From NCBI GenBank assembly GCA_964252035.1, contig OZ176214.1: DNA of 64,000 bases; one strand, given 5' to 3'. The notes under the pieces are model-generated. The model did not search any database and had not been told where the DNA came from. It worked only from the letters and a program-made list of their open reading frames with translations. Of the stretch, positions 11,180 through 23,678 are shown piece after piece (positions within the stretch are counted from its first letter, which is position 1; every line of letters starts with the position of its first letter). This stretch comes from Podarcis erhardii (lineage: Eukaryota). Position numbers and translations under genes: made by a program.

Positions 11180-11419
11180 GATAACAAATCAAGCCTGCAT
11201 GAGTTGGGGTGGACTACTGAGTTCTCCCCAGCCCATAACCAGATGATCAACAAGCAGCAAAATACTCCATTTCCACTGCTGCTCACCAGCTATAACAGGG
11301 TGGCAGAGGGAAATGATCTGCAGCAGAGAAATGGTGGAGAGGGGGGCGGTGTGCTTAACCCTTCTCCCACTCTCTGCTTATGCCGAACAACCCACCCACA
11401 CCCAAAGAGCAGTACTTTC

Positions 11420-11482
11420 CTAGCTGAGATTCCTGCATTGCAGGAGGTTGGACTAGAGGACCAGTGGGGTCCCTTCCAACTC
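11420..11482 (+). mobile_element. CR1 LINE 3' terminal fragment
   Basis: ttggactagaggacc...gtcccttccaactctaccattctatgatt, the typical CR1 3' end with an ATTCTATG unit. Confidence 0.8.
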
Positions 11483-11599
11483 TACCATTCTATGATTAGT
11501 TGAGGTTCCAGTCATATGCTTGCTGCATCAAGTAGGGAAAAGCAGCTAGGAGGTGCAGGGTGGAAATGACTTGAACCACAGCCTGCATATGTAACATTC

Positions 11600-11660
11600 A
11601 GAATTATGGGAGTTGTAGTCCTGCAACATCTGGAAAGCCAACATGTTCCCCATCCCTGAT
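11600..11660. mobile_element. Short squamate MITE with a gggagttgtagtcc core (more copies at about 20940-21000, 33010-33090, 35590-35650, 36165-36270, 37380-37470)
   Basis: Recurrent motif tgggagttgtagtcc...aacatctgga(g/a)gg in both orientations across the window. Confidence 0.6.
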
Positions 11661-13124
11661 CTACTCTGACTAGCAGCTGATCTCCAGGATCTCAGGGTAT
11701 GTTCGCATTGTTGCCTTAGAGCACAGTGAAGTTGTATAGGTGACCTTGCATGCCTCCAGTCAGCAGAGGGCAGGGCTGAGACTAAGGGCTCATACACAAT
11801 TCTGTTTGTGCTGCAATTTCTAGGCATTGTAGGCAAAGGTCTGAGCGTTGGTTGTTGTTGTTGTCCTGCCACTTTCCCCATGGAAACTGAATCAGAACAA
11901 ATGTGAATCGGGTTTTCCATGGATTGAATTTGGTTCCGATTCAGCTGTAAACAGCAGGTTTTCCCAGGGAAAGTGGTGGGACAAAAGACAAACTCTACTC
12001 AGACCCATGCCTCCAAATCACAGACCTACGCCTAGAAATCTCAGGTCAAGTGGAAATGCGGATGAGCCCTAACAGATAGTCAGGGAAAATATAGCTTGTG
12101 GTTTACCACTAAACCTGCAAGCTTTTCGCTCCCCACACTCTCCTGTATGGTGCAGCCATGTAGGCTTAGCATCCAAAGCCATCCTTGTAAATATGAGGAA
12201 ACTATAAGCAAATAGCATTTTTTTCCTTTGCAAATGGGAGCTCAGTGTGTTTTCTTTATCTTTTGTTTTGTTTTGTGTTTTGCAGCTAAAGAATGAAACA
12301 GAACTGGTGGAGGGTCGGGGTAGATCCATGCTAGATCGGGGTAGATCCATGCTATTAACTCTGCTATAAACCTACCATTTCCTATTTTTTAAACAAAGAG
12401 TTGGGGGCCCCACCCTGGTGCATTTCACTGTTCTTCCCCCCTTCAGCAGGGCTTCAATACATTTCTGTTTTACACACCAAGGGACAGGGCAGGCAGACCT
12501 TTACGCTATGCAAAGGTGTTCACCTCATGTTTACAGATGAATTACGAATGGCTTAAGGACTCCAAGCAGTGTGAAGCCAGTTTGAGAAACAACGCATTAA
12601 TCAGTAGCATCTTATAAGAAAGTGCAGGACACTGTGCATTGCAGGAACACTGGAAATGCAGCAAGTGCAAAGGAAACTGGAGTGTGAACACAGCTCAGTC
12701 CCTGCAAGTCTTTGCCATCACCTCCCACTTAATCTTTTAAAGTGGTAGTGCCAGGGATTGAACCTGGGATTGAAGCATGTGCCCTGTCACAGAGTAGCAG
12801 TCAGTGGAGTGCATGGGAAGGGTATTGATGATCATCTGTTCTCCCAACGTTGAGCATCACTGCTGCTTCATGAGGAGCAGAGGTGGGAAATGCAGGGAAC
12901 TCAGTGGGGTGCGAGTGTAGCCAGTCCAATGCCTCTGTGTTCACACCATACTGAGCACACCACCCCTCTCCCCCTCAGGAACCAGCAGCGATGCTCAGCA
13001 TGGGGGAGGCAGGTGTGCAGCAGCACCCTTCCTGTGCCACCCCACCAAACGCCCACTGGCTTGGGCCTTTCCCCCCTTTAAAAACAGTGCTTGATCAGAG
13101 AAAAATCATTGTCAACATTTACTA

Positions 13125-13480
13125 AAGACTGGAAAACTTTTATGAACTTTTATAAGTTCATCACATGAACTTATGATATCTGGGTTTGAGAACTGAAGAT
13201 AATATTGGTTTATAGTAAGTAGATTGGTTGAGTGTTATTCTGGGGTGGATGTGTTGAATAATTTTCTACATGCAGCTGACAGATGAAGAATCAGAAGTTC
13301 TTCCCCCCCCCCCTCTCCTTTCTTCTTTCTCCTTTTCTCCTCATCTTCTTTTTTCCTTTTTCCTTTCTGATTTGTGTTTTTATTTGGATTAGCTTTTTAC
13401 TAATATCTGATATTAATCTTCGTATTTTCTTCCAAATTCCAATAACATATATTCAAAATAGAATGGAAACAGTGTCAAAA
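13125..13480 (+). mobile_element. Possible degraded L1-type 3' end
   Basis: gactggaaaacttttatgaac (DWKTFMN, resembling a squamate L1 ORF2 end) followed by a long pyrimidine/U-rich tract. Weak support. Confidence 0.3.
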
Positions 13481-14741
13481 TAGATTTGGGATGGGCTGAG
13501 AGGAGTTCATATGGATGTGGGGTGGATTTCAAAAACGGTGCACAATGTGTGAAAAACTAATGCTATTAATCACAACTATCCAAATATAAAAAGCACCCAC
13601 AAAACATTCAGCTCTCAGTTATCTTGATATTATTACCTTTGGGGGGGGAAGGGGGGAGAACACAAGTGTTTCACCAGCATCACCAGTTTGCCTACATCAG
13701 CTCAGATGTTGATGAAACACAGATACTTTCCCACGTGCACATTTAAGCTCTTTTAAGTATGAATTTATACCTTCGGTTCTATTTCAATGGCTTTCAATAT
13801 GCAGAAATAACATATGTATTTCTTCTTTCTCTCACTGAAGCAAAATTAATGAAAAGGCGGATCGTAACAAATTGTGACACAAGTTGGAGCACCAGCTGAT
13901 TGGTGCCTCCCCCTGGTGGGTTTATGAAGGATGGCAAAAGCCTTCAGAGCAAAATGTATTTTGATTTGCAGAAGAGAGGTTTTTGGTTTATCTGTTTGTT
14001 TGCGGTCAATTCTCCTCCCACAGAACCCCTCAACCACTTCCAGCTCAATGAGGACTGAACATACTGAGTAGCCACAGAATGTTAAGGGTCAGCTGAGAAA
14101 TAAAAGTGGGAAACTGGTTTGCAGGGTGAGGGTGGGAGTGGAATGCCTGAGCTCCTTATAGCAAATGTTATCTAGGAGCCCTGAACCACAAGGAGAAGTA
14201 AGGGGGATACAACCACAACATTTTGTTTGGGGTCCTGCTTGCCTTCGGTGTATCATCACTGAACTCCTCCAGATAACCTGTTTATGACCATACATCCTGA
14301 TTTGATGGCCCGAGGTAGAGCCAGAGATTAGACCATGTGTGGACTTTTTTCAGCATTCATTCTGATTAGTGTGTGGGGAGGTTATATGACAATGAACACT
14401 CATCTTGATTTGCTTGTGCAGCGTTTGTTCACCATCTTGTTAATCATTTCAAACTTCCCAGTGCATTCCATCATAGCTTTGGTAACTCCAAAAAGCCTGG
14501 ACTTGTTACGCCAGGGTCACAGAACATTCATGCTGATTTGCTTGTACAAAACTTGCACAGAAGTTATAGTGTGTCCACTTTATCCTGAGCATTCGTTCTA
14601 ATTAGTATGCAGGGAGGTTATATGACAATGAACATTCATCCCAATTTGTTTGCACAGAGGTTATTATACATCTTCCCATCAGTTATCCCACACTTTTTAT
14701 TGCATTTCCTCACCACTTTCCTAACTGCAAAAAGTCAGGTA

Positions 14742-14983
14742 CAGTGGTACCTCGGGTTAAGCACTTAATTCGTTCCGGAGGTCCATTCTTAACATGAAAC
14801 TGTTCTTAACCTGAAGCACCACTTTAGCTAATGCGGCCTCCCGCTGCTGCTGCGCTGCTGGAGCCCGATTTCTGTTCTCATCCTGAAGCAAAGTTCTTAA
14901 CCCGAGGAACTATTTCTGGGTTAGCGGAGTCTGTAACCTGAAGCGTATGTAACCTGAAGCGTATGAAACCTGAGGTACCACTG
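14742..14983. mobile_element. Tc1/mariner (pogo/Tigger-type) MITE, 242 bp
   Basis: TA|cagtggtacctcggg ... cctgaggtaccactg|TA. Confidence 0.9.
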
Positions 14984-15650
14984 TATGGGGGGGGGGTGGA
15001 ATTTGTTGCAACAAAGCCCTTTAATCCACTTCACTTGCACCAACCTAAATTTCCAGCGTGTGCTTGAATCCCTCCTGCAAAATAATGACAGTCTGAAAGT
15101 GCCTATTCACTGAGTCCTGCAGCATACACTTCCTAGGCCTTGTTTGCTGGAGAAGCTGTTTACTAAACATTGTTGCATTCCTATACCTCTGGAATGACAA
15201 GAATTCGAGGCGGAACAGTGCAGAGGTCAGAGTCCCTGTAGGACTACATGCACCCAGGGCTGTATTAAACAGGTTGATGCTGCAAGAGCCGGCTTCCCTA
15301 TATCCACTTGGTTTTAATTCATATGGAATAATGAAATCTGAAAAGTGAGCTTTTGCTCCCACACTATAGGAACGGCCTATTCACCACATACCAAAGTGGT
15401 GGCAACCAATGTCTCAATCATGACACTCTGTTCTCCTTCCCAATCTTCTCAACCCTGTTTAAGGGAAGTGCTGGTATCAAACGAGGAATGGGGGGATTCA
15501 GTTTCCATTTAAAGGCAGACCTACCTAATTTGCACTTTCTCAAAACAGTATGTGAACTGAAAAGAAACAGCCATCCTTCAAAATTCACACTTCTCCAAAT
15601 CTTACAGTGCACTCCTCCATTAAAATGTTTATACTGGAGAAAGTAATGTA

Positions 15651-15859
15651 CAGTGGTATCTCGGGTTAAGTACTTAATTTGTTCCAGAGATCTGTACTTA
15701 AGCTGAAACACCACTTTAGCTAATGGGGCCTCCCGCTGCTGCCGCGCCGCTGGAGCACGATTTCTGTTCTCATCCTGAAGCAAAGTTCTTAACCTGAAGC
15801 ACTATTTCTGAGTTAGCGGAGTCTGTAACCTGAAGCGTATGTAACCTGAGGTACCACTG
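15651..15859. mobile_element. Tc1/mariner MITE, 209 bp, same family and orientation as 14742-14983
   Basis: TA|cagtggtatctcggg ... cctgaggtaccactg|TA. Shorter because of internal indels. Confidence 0.9.
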
Positions 15860-16260
15860 TACAACAAAACATAAAGAAAGTGCATTTTACTAGGAGAAAT
15901 TGCTTTGCAAAAATGTGTATATTACATTTTATAATGTGAATATTTGGAGAAAATTGCAGTAAAATGCTATTGAATTTTCATGAGGTTTCTTTTTCAAAAA
16001 AATATATATGGAAATAAGGGGGATTTAATTTAAGGTTGAAAAAACTAGGATCTGGGCTGGGGAAACGCCATACCAATTCTTAAATTTGTCCATTACTACC
16101 TGGAAGTAAGACCCACTGGACTCAATTAGATTTACTTTTCAAAAGATATGTATGCCCTGTCAGTTAATCAAAGAGCTGGTATACAAAAAAAAGAAAATCT
16201 TAAAGATAAGTGGAATCCTCTTATTAAGTTTGTAAAGAATATATATAATATAAATGGTTA

Positions 16261-16261
<1 letters not shown>

Positions 16262-16305
<44 letters not shown>

Positions 16306-16460
16306 TATTTATACCCTGCCCATCTGGCTGGATTTGGGTGGCTCCCAGCATAACATTAAAAACATGATAAAACATCAAACATTAAAACCTCCCTAAACAG
16401 GGTTTCTTTCTTCTAAAAGTCAGGCAGTTGTTTATTTCCTTGACATCTGATGGGAGAATG
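16262..16460 (-). mobile_element. LINE (L2-type) 3' end with (TAA/ATT)n tail
   Basis: (aat)n run 16263-16304 followed by tttataccctgcccatctggctgg...gggtggctcccagc, a common lizard LINE terminus. Confidence 0.65.
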
Positions 16461-17364
16461 TAATAGTTGTTCTGTGTAGTAAGATATTAATATGTATAAG
16501 TGTTTATAATGTGTATATATTTAATTGTTTGCTGTGATTATTGTATATTTTGAAATTTGATAAAAGTTTGAATTTTTTATTTTTTTTTTAAGAGAGAAAC
16601 AAGAAATGTCAGAGTCACCCCATCCTTTGTAACAAAGGAACTACACACACTCATTGTGTGGCCTCCTTGACCAAATCCCTTTGATTTTAGTATGACAAAC
16701 CTTGAGGAATTGATCTTGGCAAACAGACCAGATTTGACAGAGTTTTAGATGTCCACCCTGTTCACATCTTACACTCATGATTTTTCTTCTCCCATAGCAG
16801 AGAATGCCAACAGGGGTGTACTATTTATTCTGCACCCTTCTTAAAGACATGTATCTGATGTATTTAATCCTAGTTAATGTATCATTCATGGCTGTGAATA
16901 TGGTGCTAACTGTGAATATTACAGAAAGTTCAGAGAGAAACATGAACACCAACAATGGCTAAATGTATATAACCACACACAGTGGGAGAGAGAGGTTTAC
17001 ATAAGAGCAGTGTTCTTTTTCTGGGGGGACGCAGAGGTACGCATACCCCTAAATATTTTGTGAATCTTCGTACTTTTGTCCATTTACTGTATTTATCTTC
17101 CCCGATTTGAACTATAAAATTGTGATTTTCTTGAGTCAAATTGAGACAGAGAAAAGCACTGCAAAAAGAGTATATGTGGTTCATTAAACATTAGCAACAG
17201 AAACAGACTTTAAAAACAGCAGGTGGTAAAATTATAAAAGAGTACATCCAATCAAACATTTTTTAAAAAAACATGTAAAGTTTGGTTGAAATGGATAATC
17301 TGAAAATAAAAATATATCACTTGCTTTGGAAATATCCCTGGTAAACAGAAAGTTTGGGGTGTGG

Positions 17365-17367
<3 letters not shown>

Positions 17368-17404
<37 letters not shown>
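17368..17404. repeat. (GT)n microsatellite
   Basis: gtgtgt run. Confidence 0.95.
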
Positions 17405-17407
<3 letters not shown>

Positions 17408-18484
17408 CGCAAACACATGGGATGGACATTTCCACTGTTGACTCCTTTAACAGGCATTAGTCTGTCTGGGGGATGAGAAGGCTCCATTGAAGTAGCTTGG
17501 AAGCCAGGTCTCCTTCCTAACTTCTTGCAGACTCAGAGGAAGGAAACACAGACTTGAGAAGAAGACAGAACCTCACTTAGGAACAATCCAGGAGGAGGCA
17601 TCTGCAGGATTTTATTTTTAAGGAACAGTATTTCATTGGTAGTAACAACAACAACAACAAAATCTTGTTAAAATGACAATATTCTCTCTACAAGAATAGC
17701 AAGCAAAAGAAAAGATCATCTGTTTGCTTGCAACACTTGTTGGTGGATGGTACTATTAATCTGTTGTCAGGAACAATCCTGCCCGACTGGCGGGGAGACA
17801 GGCTATGATCTAATAAGTGTCTTCCAGCATGAGATTCTATTATTCCTTTGTGTAGAGAGATGGCTCCCTTTGTCGCAGAGACCATTGAGAAGTGAGATAA
17901 ATAAAAGTTGTTGTTTTTTTACCCTGTTTTTCCAATTCTTATTTTGCTGCACACAAACAAAAATATCTCAGTGCTAGGGCCTGGACCCTTGCTCATTCTG
18001 CCCACCAATCCCTGACAATTTCCCCCACATTAACCTCCTAGAGCTTCCCTTTCCCACTAAGCTCATTTTTCACCACCCCAACCCCATTTCTGAAGCCACT
18101 TCTCTCTTCTGTTCTGCACCCACGCTTTGCACCTATTTTCACCTTCACATCCATGTCCAGGTCTCCCCTCGCCCTCCAGTTCTGCAATCAGCTCCTTACA
18201 AACAAACAAACCATCCCCCATGGTAACCTCCTGCACCACTGAGAGGAAAATCATGGTTTTAAACAACAGAGGTTGCCAATAACTCTCATGATCAGTAATG
18301 GATTGCCAACTTTTCAGCTAAACCCTGATGCTCTGTCTTGAATGGTGGCTTAATCTGCAGTAGAAAACAAGTGGTGTATGTGACTGAATTTCCAAAAGTC
18401 TGTCCTGCTCTTCCTTGCTCCTGCTGTTCTTCCTTCCCAGAAGCAGAGTTAGACCCTGAACTTATGGGTGGTCCCCCTTTAGGC

Positions 18485-18550
18485 AGCATTGCAGGGGATT
18501 GGACTAGATGACCCTGGTGGTCCTTCCAACTTCTCTGATTCTCTGATTCA
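18485..18550 (+). mobile_element. CR1 LINE 3' terminal fragment
   Basis: gcattgcaggggattggactagatgaccctggtggtccttccaac...ctctgattctctgattc. Confidence 0.75.
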
Positions 18551-21482
18551 CCTTTCTCTTCTTCCCATCCCCTCAGGTTCCCATATCCCTAAACCCTGCT
18601 TTGAGAAATAACCCTGCTTTAAGATGTGCAGTTTTGCATTTAAACTCACTGAAATAACCACACACCCAGGAGTAGACAAATAAAACAGGGGTTGCTTCTG
18701 CTGGGATAATGCTAGATACATTTACTTGGAAATAAGCACAATTTTGTTTTAAAAGTAAAAAATTTAAAAATGTGCACCTGTAATCATGTGCATGTCTGGG
18801 CCAACTATAAAATACTTCTTAAGATGCTATGGCAACAAGCACCGAAGCTGGTGGCCCCACTCATATTGGCCAAGATGTTCATACTAAGTCTCGAAAATCT
18901 GCCACTATCTGAGTCAGCTCTTGTCTTCCCCTCTGTCAAAGGCTATGTATACATTAGTGACTTAAAATGCAACAAGGTCACCCCCTCCACGCCCCATGCT
19001 GCTTTTCAATTCATATTTGCATGTTGCTGCACATGCCCAAGTGGGGCAGAAATGTCTTCACCTGATGTGCTTTATCTGACTTGCCTCCCCATGCCTGCCA
19101 CACACACCCCTCCTGCCGCTGCAAACTCCTATTCAGTGAAGCTGCCATCTGTGCATGGGCTATGGTTGCCTGAAATGTACATACATCAGTTTAACTGCAA
19201 AGTGAATGTGACTTACATTTTCAAATCGGATGGAATCTGGTTTGACAGAAAATGCTGTATTTTTCAAGAAACTACAGGACAAATATGGATTGTGGCTAAT
19301 GTCATGTGTACACAGCTTCAGAACACCAGTGGTTGGAGTGCACTGCAGCCAGAGTAAACGGTAATATGTACAGAGCCAAAGTTTAGGCTGAAAACTCCAA
19401 CTGAATGAAAGTAGCTTCTTGTTTGTTTTTTATGTCACTCACGCTGTAAAGTTCCATGTTCATTTGTTGTATAATAAATAGCTATCCATGCTCTGAAAAG
19501 CGTTTTTTGTTGTTGCTGAAGATCAAAGAATACGGTAGCCACTTAAGCACTCTTGCAGGGGAAAAGACTGAGGAGGAACTGCATCACAGCAAGGAGGACA
19601 AAAGGCGCCATTTAGCATCAAATTTGCATATGTTAACTTATACGTATCGATGCAATATCAGAAAATTTGCTATCATAATAGAAATGTGAGAATCTGATTA
19701 TCACCAGGTATCTCACCTGTGACCAAGTGTTCTGTTTGCCCTCTCATTCTGCTGTATGGGTGCTGCTAACTTCAAAGCCCTCTTCTTAGGATTCTTATTC
19801 TTTAAACTGGACTTGCCCTGGACAACCCTTCAGACAGAGGACTGTCCTCTTATAACCTTCATGATAGAGGACTGTCCTCTGTAAGACACAAGTAAGACAC
19901 ATGCTCACCCTAGATAAAAGTACACCAGTAAGGGCCTGCTGAACAGCTGGAAATCTTGCTAACCAGAATTTGAGGTAAAATAAACACCCTCTCAGAAATT
20001 GCCACCCACCCCCTGTCTCTGGGTCATCCAGACCTTTTTGGTTATTTTTTTACCCACTTATTTTTCTTAGCTGGTTTGGAAAATCAGCAGTTATGTTGAG
20101 TTAACATCAATTTCACTGGAGCTCACGTCTCTACTGTAATTATTTATCCTAAAGCAAAAGCAGTTCATTTTTCAGTTTCTACCAATGCAAAGCACTCCTA
20201 TGCCCCCTGTTGGTTCTTAAAAGACAGTTAGAAACAGAAAAAGTTGGGATAGAAATGAAATGGTCATAATAAAGATTTAATATTTTTAAAGATAGATTCA
20301 AGCACCTGCTAATTTATGCCCACCAAGGGATGTTTGGGATAGATTTGTTTTCTATTGTAATTTTACACGTTGCTGCATCCCCACTTAGCACCATAACAGA
20401 AAAAGAAGGTGGAATTTTCCATATCTGCAGGCAGATCTAGCTCTTTGGAATTTAAAAGATAAAAGATAAAAGGGAGATATTGCATGAGCCGCTAAAGAGT
20501 TGTGGACGCCGAAATAACATATTGCTCAGTCTTCCTACAAAGGTCCTGGACATTCAGCTGAGGCCCAGTAGAAGTTTGTCGCTATACATTTATACATTTT
20601 GTGGTGGCAATAGGTGACCAGGAGTGTAATTTCATGCACATTTATATATGTGTTACATTTACATACACACTTGGTTCCTTCTCTTTCCTTTTTATCCCCA
20701 CAACAACAGCCCTGCGAGGTGAAATTCGGCGGAGAGGAAGCGGCGGGCTCACTCACAGAGTAAAAAAGCCTCATGCCGCACACGGTCGACTAAGGATTAG
20801 ACTGAGCACACGCCCTACATTTAGGCACATTCCTCTTCAAAGAATCCCGAGAACTTTATAGTTTCCCACGTGCTGGGAACTGCAGCACTTTAGGTTCCCA
20901 GGATTCTTTGCATATGTTTCTTTTTAATGCATGGTTTGCCAACATTTGGCGCTCCAGATGTGGCTGGGCTCCAGTTCCCATCAGCCCAGCCAACACCGCA
21001 GACTCACCACCCTCGCCCTAATCACTATGCCAGACTGCCTTTCTGGAGTGAAGCTGGTGGATCCTGCAATGCTAAGCAGCAGGAAAAGCACGTGGCGGAG
21101 GGGGCGGGAGAAAGAGTTACGCTAAACCGGAACACGGGGGGGGGGGAAGAGCCCACACGCAGCGGAAGGCCTGTCATTCGTCGCCATGGCGACAGGCGGC
21201 CGGAAGTTCTGGCCGACGCATGAAGCTACCCGTTTGCCAGGATCTCTTCCTAGAGCGGTGCCGCTCTAGGCCTCGGCAACTCTATGGCGGAACTAACGCC
21301 TTCCTGGGAGACCGCGCTTCCGTTTCCGCCTACCTGTCTCCCTGTCTCCTGGGTCCGTCTTGACTGTTCGCGCTTCTCTTCCAGCCAGCCCCTGTGCGTG
21401 CTTCCTCCAGAGGAGCAGGTTGCCCCTAAGGCGAGCCTGGCCTCTCACTTCTCTACCTCAGTCCTCGAGGGACGTGGCCCAC

Positions 21483-21500
21483 ATGGCTACTACATCTGTG
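21483..21500 (+). CDS. NXT2: NTF2-related export protein 2, coding exon 1 (MATTSV)
   Basis: ATG in acATGg context, donor GTAAGA at 21501, phase 0 into exon 2. Matches the MATS- N-terminus of vertebrate NXT2. Confidence 0.85.
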
Positions 21501-21524
21501 GTAAGAGTGGAAGCTGAGGAGGTA

Positions 21525-21680
21525 GCGCGGGGCAGTGGTTAGAGTGTCGGCCCCTGAGACGGAGGACGTGGGTTCAGGTCGCCCTGCCGCGTAGCTCTTA
21601 GGGAGGCCTAGCCTCTGCCTGCCTAACCGGGTTCGTTGTGTTAATAAGCGAGGGAGGGACACATGCGACATCCTAAGTGG
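21525..21680 (+). mobile_element. Diverged tRNA-derived SINE in NXT2 intron 1
   Basis: A-box agtggttagag and B-box gggttcaggtc. Resembles the SINE at 10940-11177. Confidence 0.6.
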
Positions 21681-22380
21681 AGGGCCGGCCCATGAGGCTA
21701 TGTGAGGCCACCTCCTCGGGCGAAAGAACCGGCTTCCAAGGAATGTATTGCCAGGCTTCCGCTGCTGCAGAGGCAATGGCAAATGAGGTCGGATCCTTGG
21801 AGGTTGCTTTGTTCAAGAGTTTCAGCTGTGAGGCCACTGGGAGATATCGGGCCACTAGTGTGCTCTCTTTCCCTCTCAGCCTAACCTTACAGGCTTCTTA
21901 TGTGAATGGAATGGGGAGGGATGGAACAAACAAGTATGTGGTCCTAGGTGACCATCACGGAAGAAGGGCCCACTACAAAGTTCATGGTGCAGGAGCACAT
22001 CCCCCCCCCCCCAAGAAACAATCCCTTCGCCTTTCTCCTAGGACATAGTTCAAGGCATAACTTCACTGCTGCTTCTCTTCCTCTGTTTATGCTGATACTG
22101 TCTGGGACTGTTTCATGTAATTATGGTTGACAAAATCATAGTCATAGGTCATTTCTGGCAGTCACTTATATAAAGTTGTATGGCTTTGGGGCAGGGATTA
22201 CAACAAAGCAAAATTATGGAAGAGATTTCCATCCATTAGCCATACTAGCTCTTGTATGTCACAAAAAGGAAATCAATTAGAACTTTACAAAATGGAGTTC
22301 CCTTCTCTGCATCTGACATCTTTACCTTACTGTTGACACCCTTCAAAAATGGTTTCATTGAGCTGTGTTTTTATGTTTAG

Positions 22381-22467
22381 AACTTTAAAACCTATGTGGA
22401 TCAAGCTTGCAGAGCTGCTGAAGAATTTGCAAATATTTACTATGAAACCATGGATAAAAGGAGACGG
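22381..22467 (+). CDS. NXT2: NXT2 coding exon 2 ([29 protein letters not shown])
   Basis: Acceptor tttag at 22380, donor gtatgt at 22468, 87 nt. Peptide is nearly identical to human NXT2. Confidence 0.97.
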
Positions 22468-22777
22468 GTATGTAGATTCCCAACAGCTTTTGTGTTTGGT
22501 GTGGGGTTTGGTTTTTTTAGAAGAATTATTTACTGCATTTCACAAAGTACATATCTTGAGTTTTGATGTTGTATGTGCTGATATTATTCATGCTAATATA
22601 CATATTTGTACATGCTGAGATTATTAGATCATTCCATGTTGTCATGGACACAGCCTTCAAACACATGTCATTTGTTTCTATCTCTTAACAGCTTGATCCT
22701 CTGTATGTTTACTCAAAAATATGTTCAGTGGGAGTTTACTCTGTGAGAATATCTGTAAAGGACTGCATCCAAAGGCT

Positions 22778-22848
22778 ACAATCCTATACCACTTGCCTGT
22801 AAGTCCTATTGAATGCAGTGGTGTTTAAATAGACATGTATAGGATTGT
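22778..22848. mobile_element. Short palindromic MITE (caatcctat...ataggattg family; more copies at about 32390-32530, 41940-42020, 49830-49930, 54830-54920, 55130-55200)
   Basis: Perfect 11-bp inverted arms acaatcctata / tataggattgt. The internal aagtcc(c)attgaa motif recurs in the other copies. Confidence 0.7.
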
Positions 22849-22982
22849 GTTATAAATAGTGCAAACAGGTACACGGAAGTGTAGAAGCAATGACTGAGCA
22901 GTTCCAGTTAGTTGACATGAAATGGTAGCTACTTAACCTGAGTGTTTCTCCCTTTGAACTCAGTGGGGCTCACCTTTCTGTA

Positions 22983-23200
22983 GACATAGAACCAAAGAAT
23001 TGGAAGGGACTTTGGAAACCAAGTCCCAGCTCAGTGTAGGATTTGCAATGCAGGGTGCAACTTCTTGCATCCCTAACAGATGGCTGTCCAACCCCTGCTT
23101 ACACACCTCCAGCAAAGGAGACTCATTGCCTCCCAAAACAGTCTATTTCGCTGTTAAAACAGTTCTTAATGTTAGGTTGTTTCTCTTACTGTTTTAGCAG
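22983..23200 (-). mobile_element. CR1 LINE 3' fragment in NXT2 intron 2
   Basis: catagaaccaaagaattggaagggac...ggctgtccaacccctgcttacacacctccagcaaaggagac, the reverse complement of a CR1 3' region. Confidence 0.7.
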
Positions 23201-23533
23201 GTGCATCATGCTGCTTGCTCATACTTAGAACGTGACCAGCTAAGATACTTAGTTCCTTTTCCACTGTACTGCTGCCAAGCAAGGTCTCCCACATCCTATA
23301 CTTGGTGCTTTGATTTGGGTGTGTTAATTGCAAGACTTTAATGCATCTCTGTGCATTTTGTGGGGGGACTTCTTTAAAAAGCCTTACATATTTTTTAAAA
23401 AATAAAAAACCCTAAAGGAAAGGCGAAATTGTAAATACTGTATCTGGATGCAGCAACCTATATAGGAAGGGGTGCTGTAATTAAAGCACAGTTTCCCTTT
23501 GGATTTCATGTAATGCTTCCTAATGTTTCTCAG

Positions 23534-23678
23534 GTGTTGACCAAACTCTACCTGGACAAAGCGACCCTGGTTTGGAATGGGAATGCAGTATCTGGGCAAG
23601 CAGCACTTGCAGAATTCTTTGAAATGTTGCCTTCAAGTGATTTTCAAGTTACCACATTTGATTGCCAGCCTGTTCATG
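23534..23678 (+). CDS. NXT2: NXT2 coding exon 3 (VLTKLYLDKATLVWNGNAVSG...FDCQPVH)
   Basis: Acceptor ttctcag at 23533, donor gtaaga at 23679, 145 nt. NTF2-fold motifs WNGN and DCQPV. Confidence 0.97.

Larger units (their letters stand above)
20700..21800 (+). promoter_or_regulatory. NXT2: CpG island / TATA-less promoter of NXT2
   Basis: Sharp local rise in CpG. E-boxes CACGTG (20867, 21089), GC-box GGGGCGGG (21101), palindromic YY1-like TCGCCATGGCGA (21181-21192), ETS site CCGGAAGT (21200-21207). Lies immediately 5' of the first coding exon. Confidence 0.8.

Noticed and set aside
1-20600. GUCY2F exons, expected upstream of NXT2 from human synteny
   Set aside because: No listed ORF resembles the guanylate cyclase signal peptide or extracellular domain. 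The gene, if present, lies outside the window or only small non-coding exons are here.
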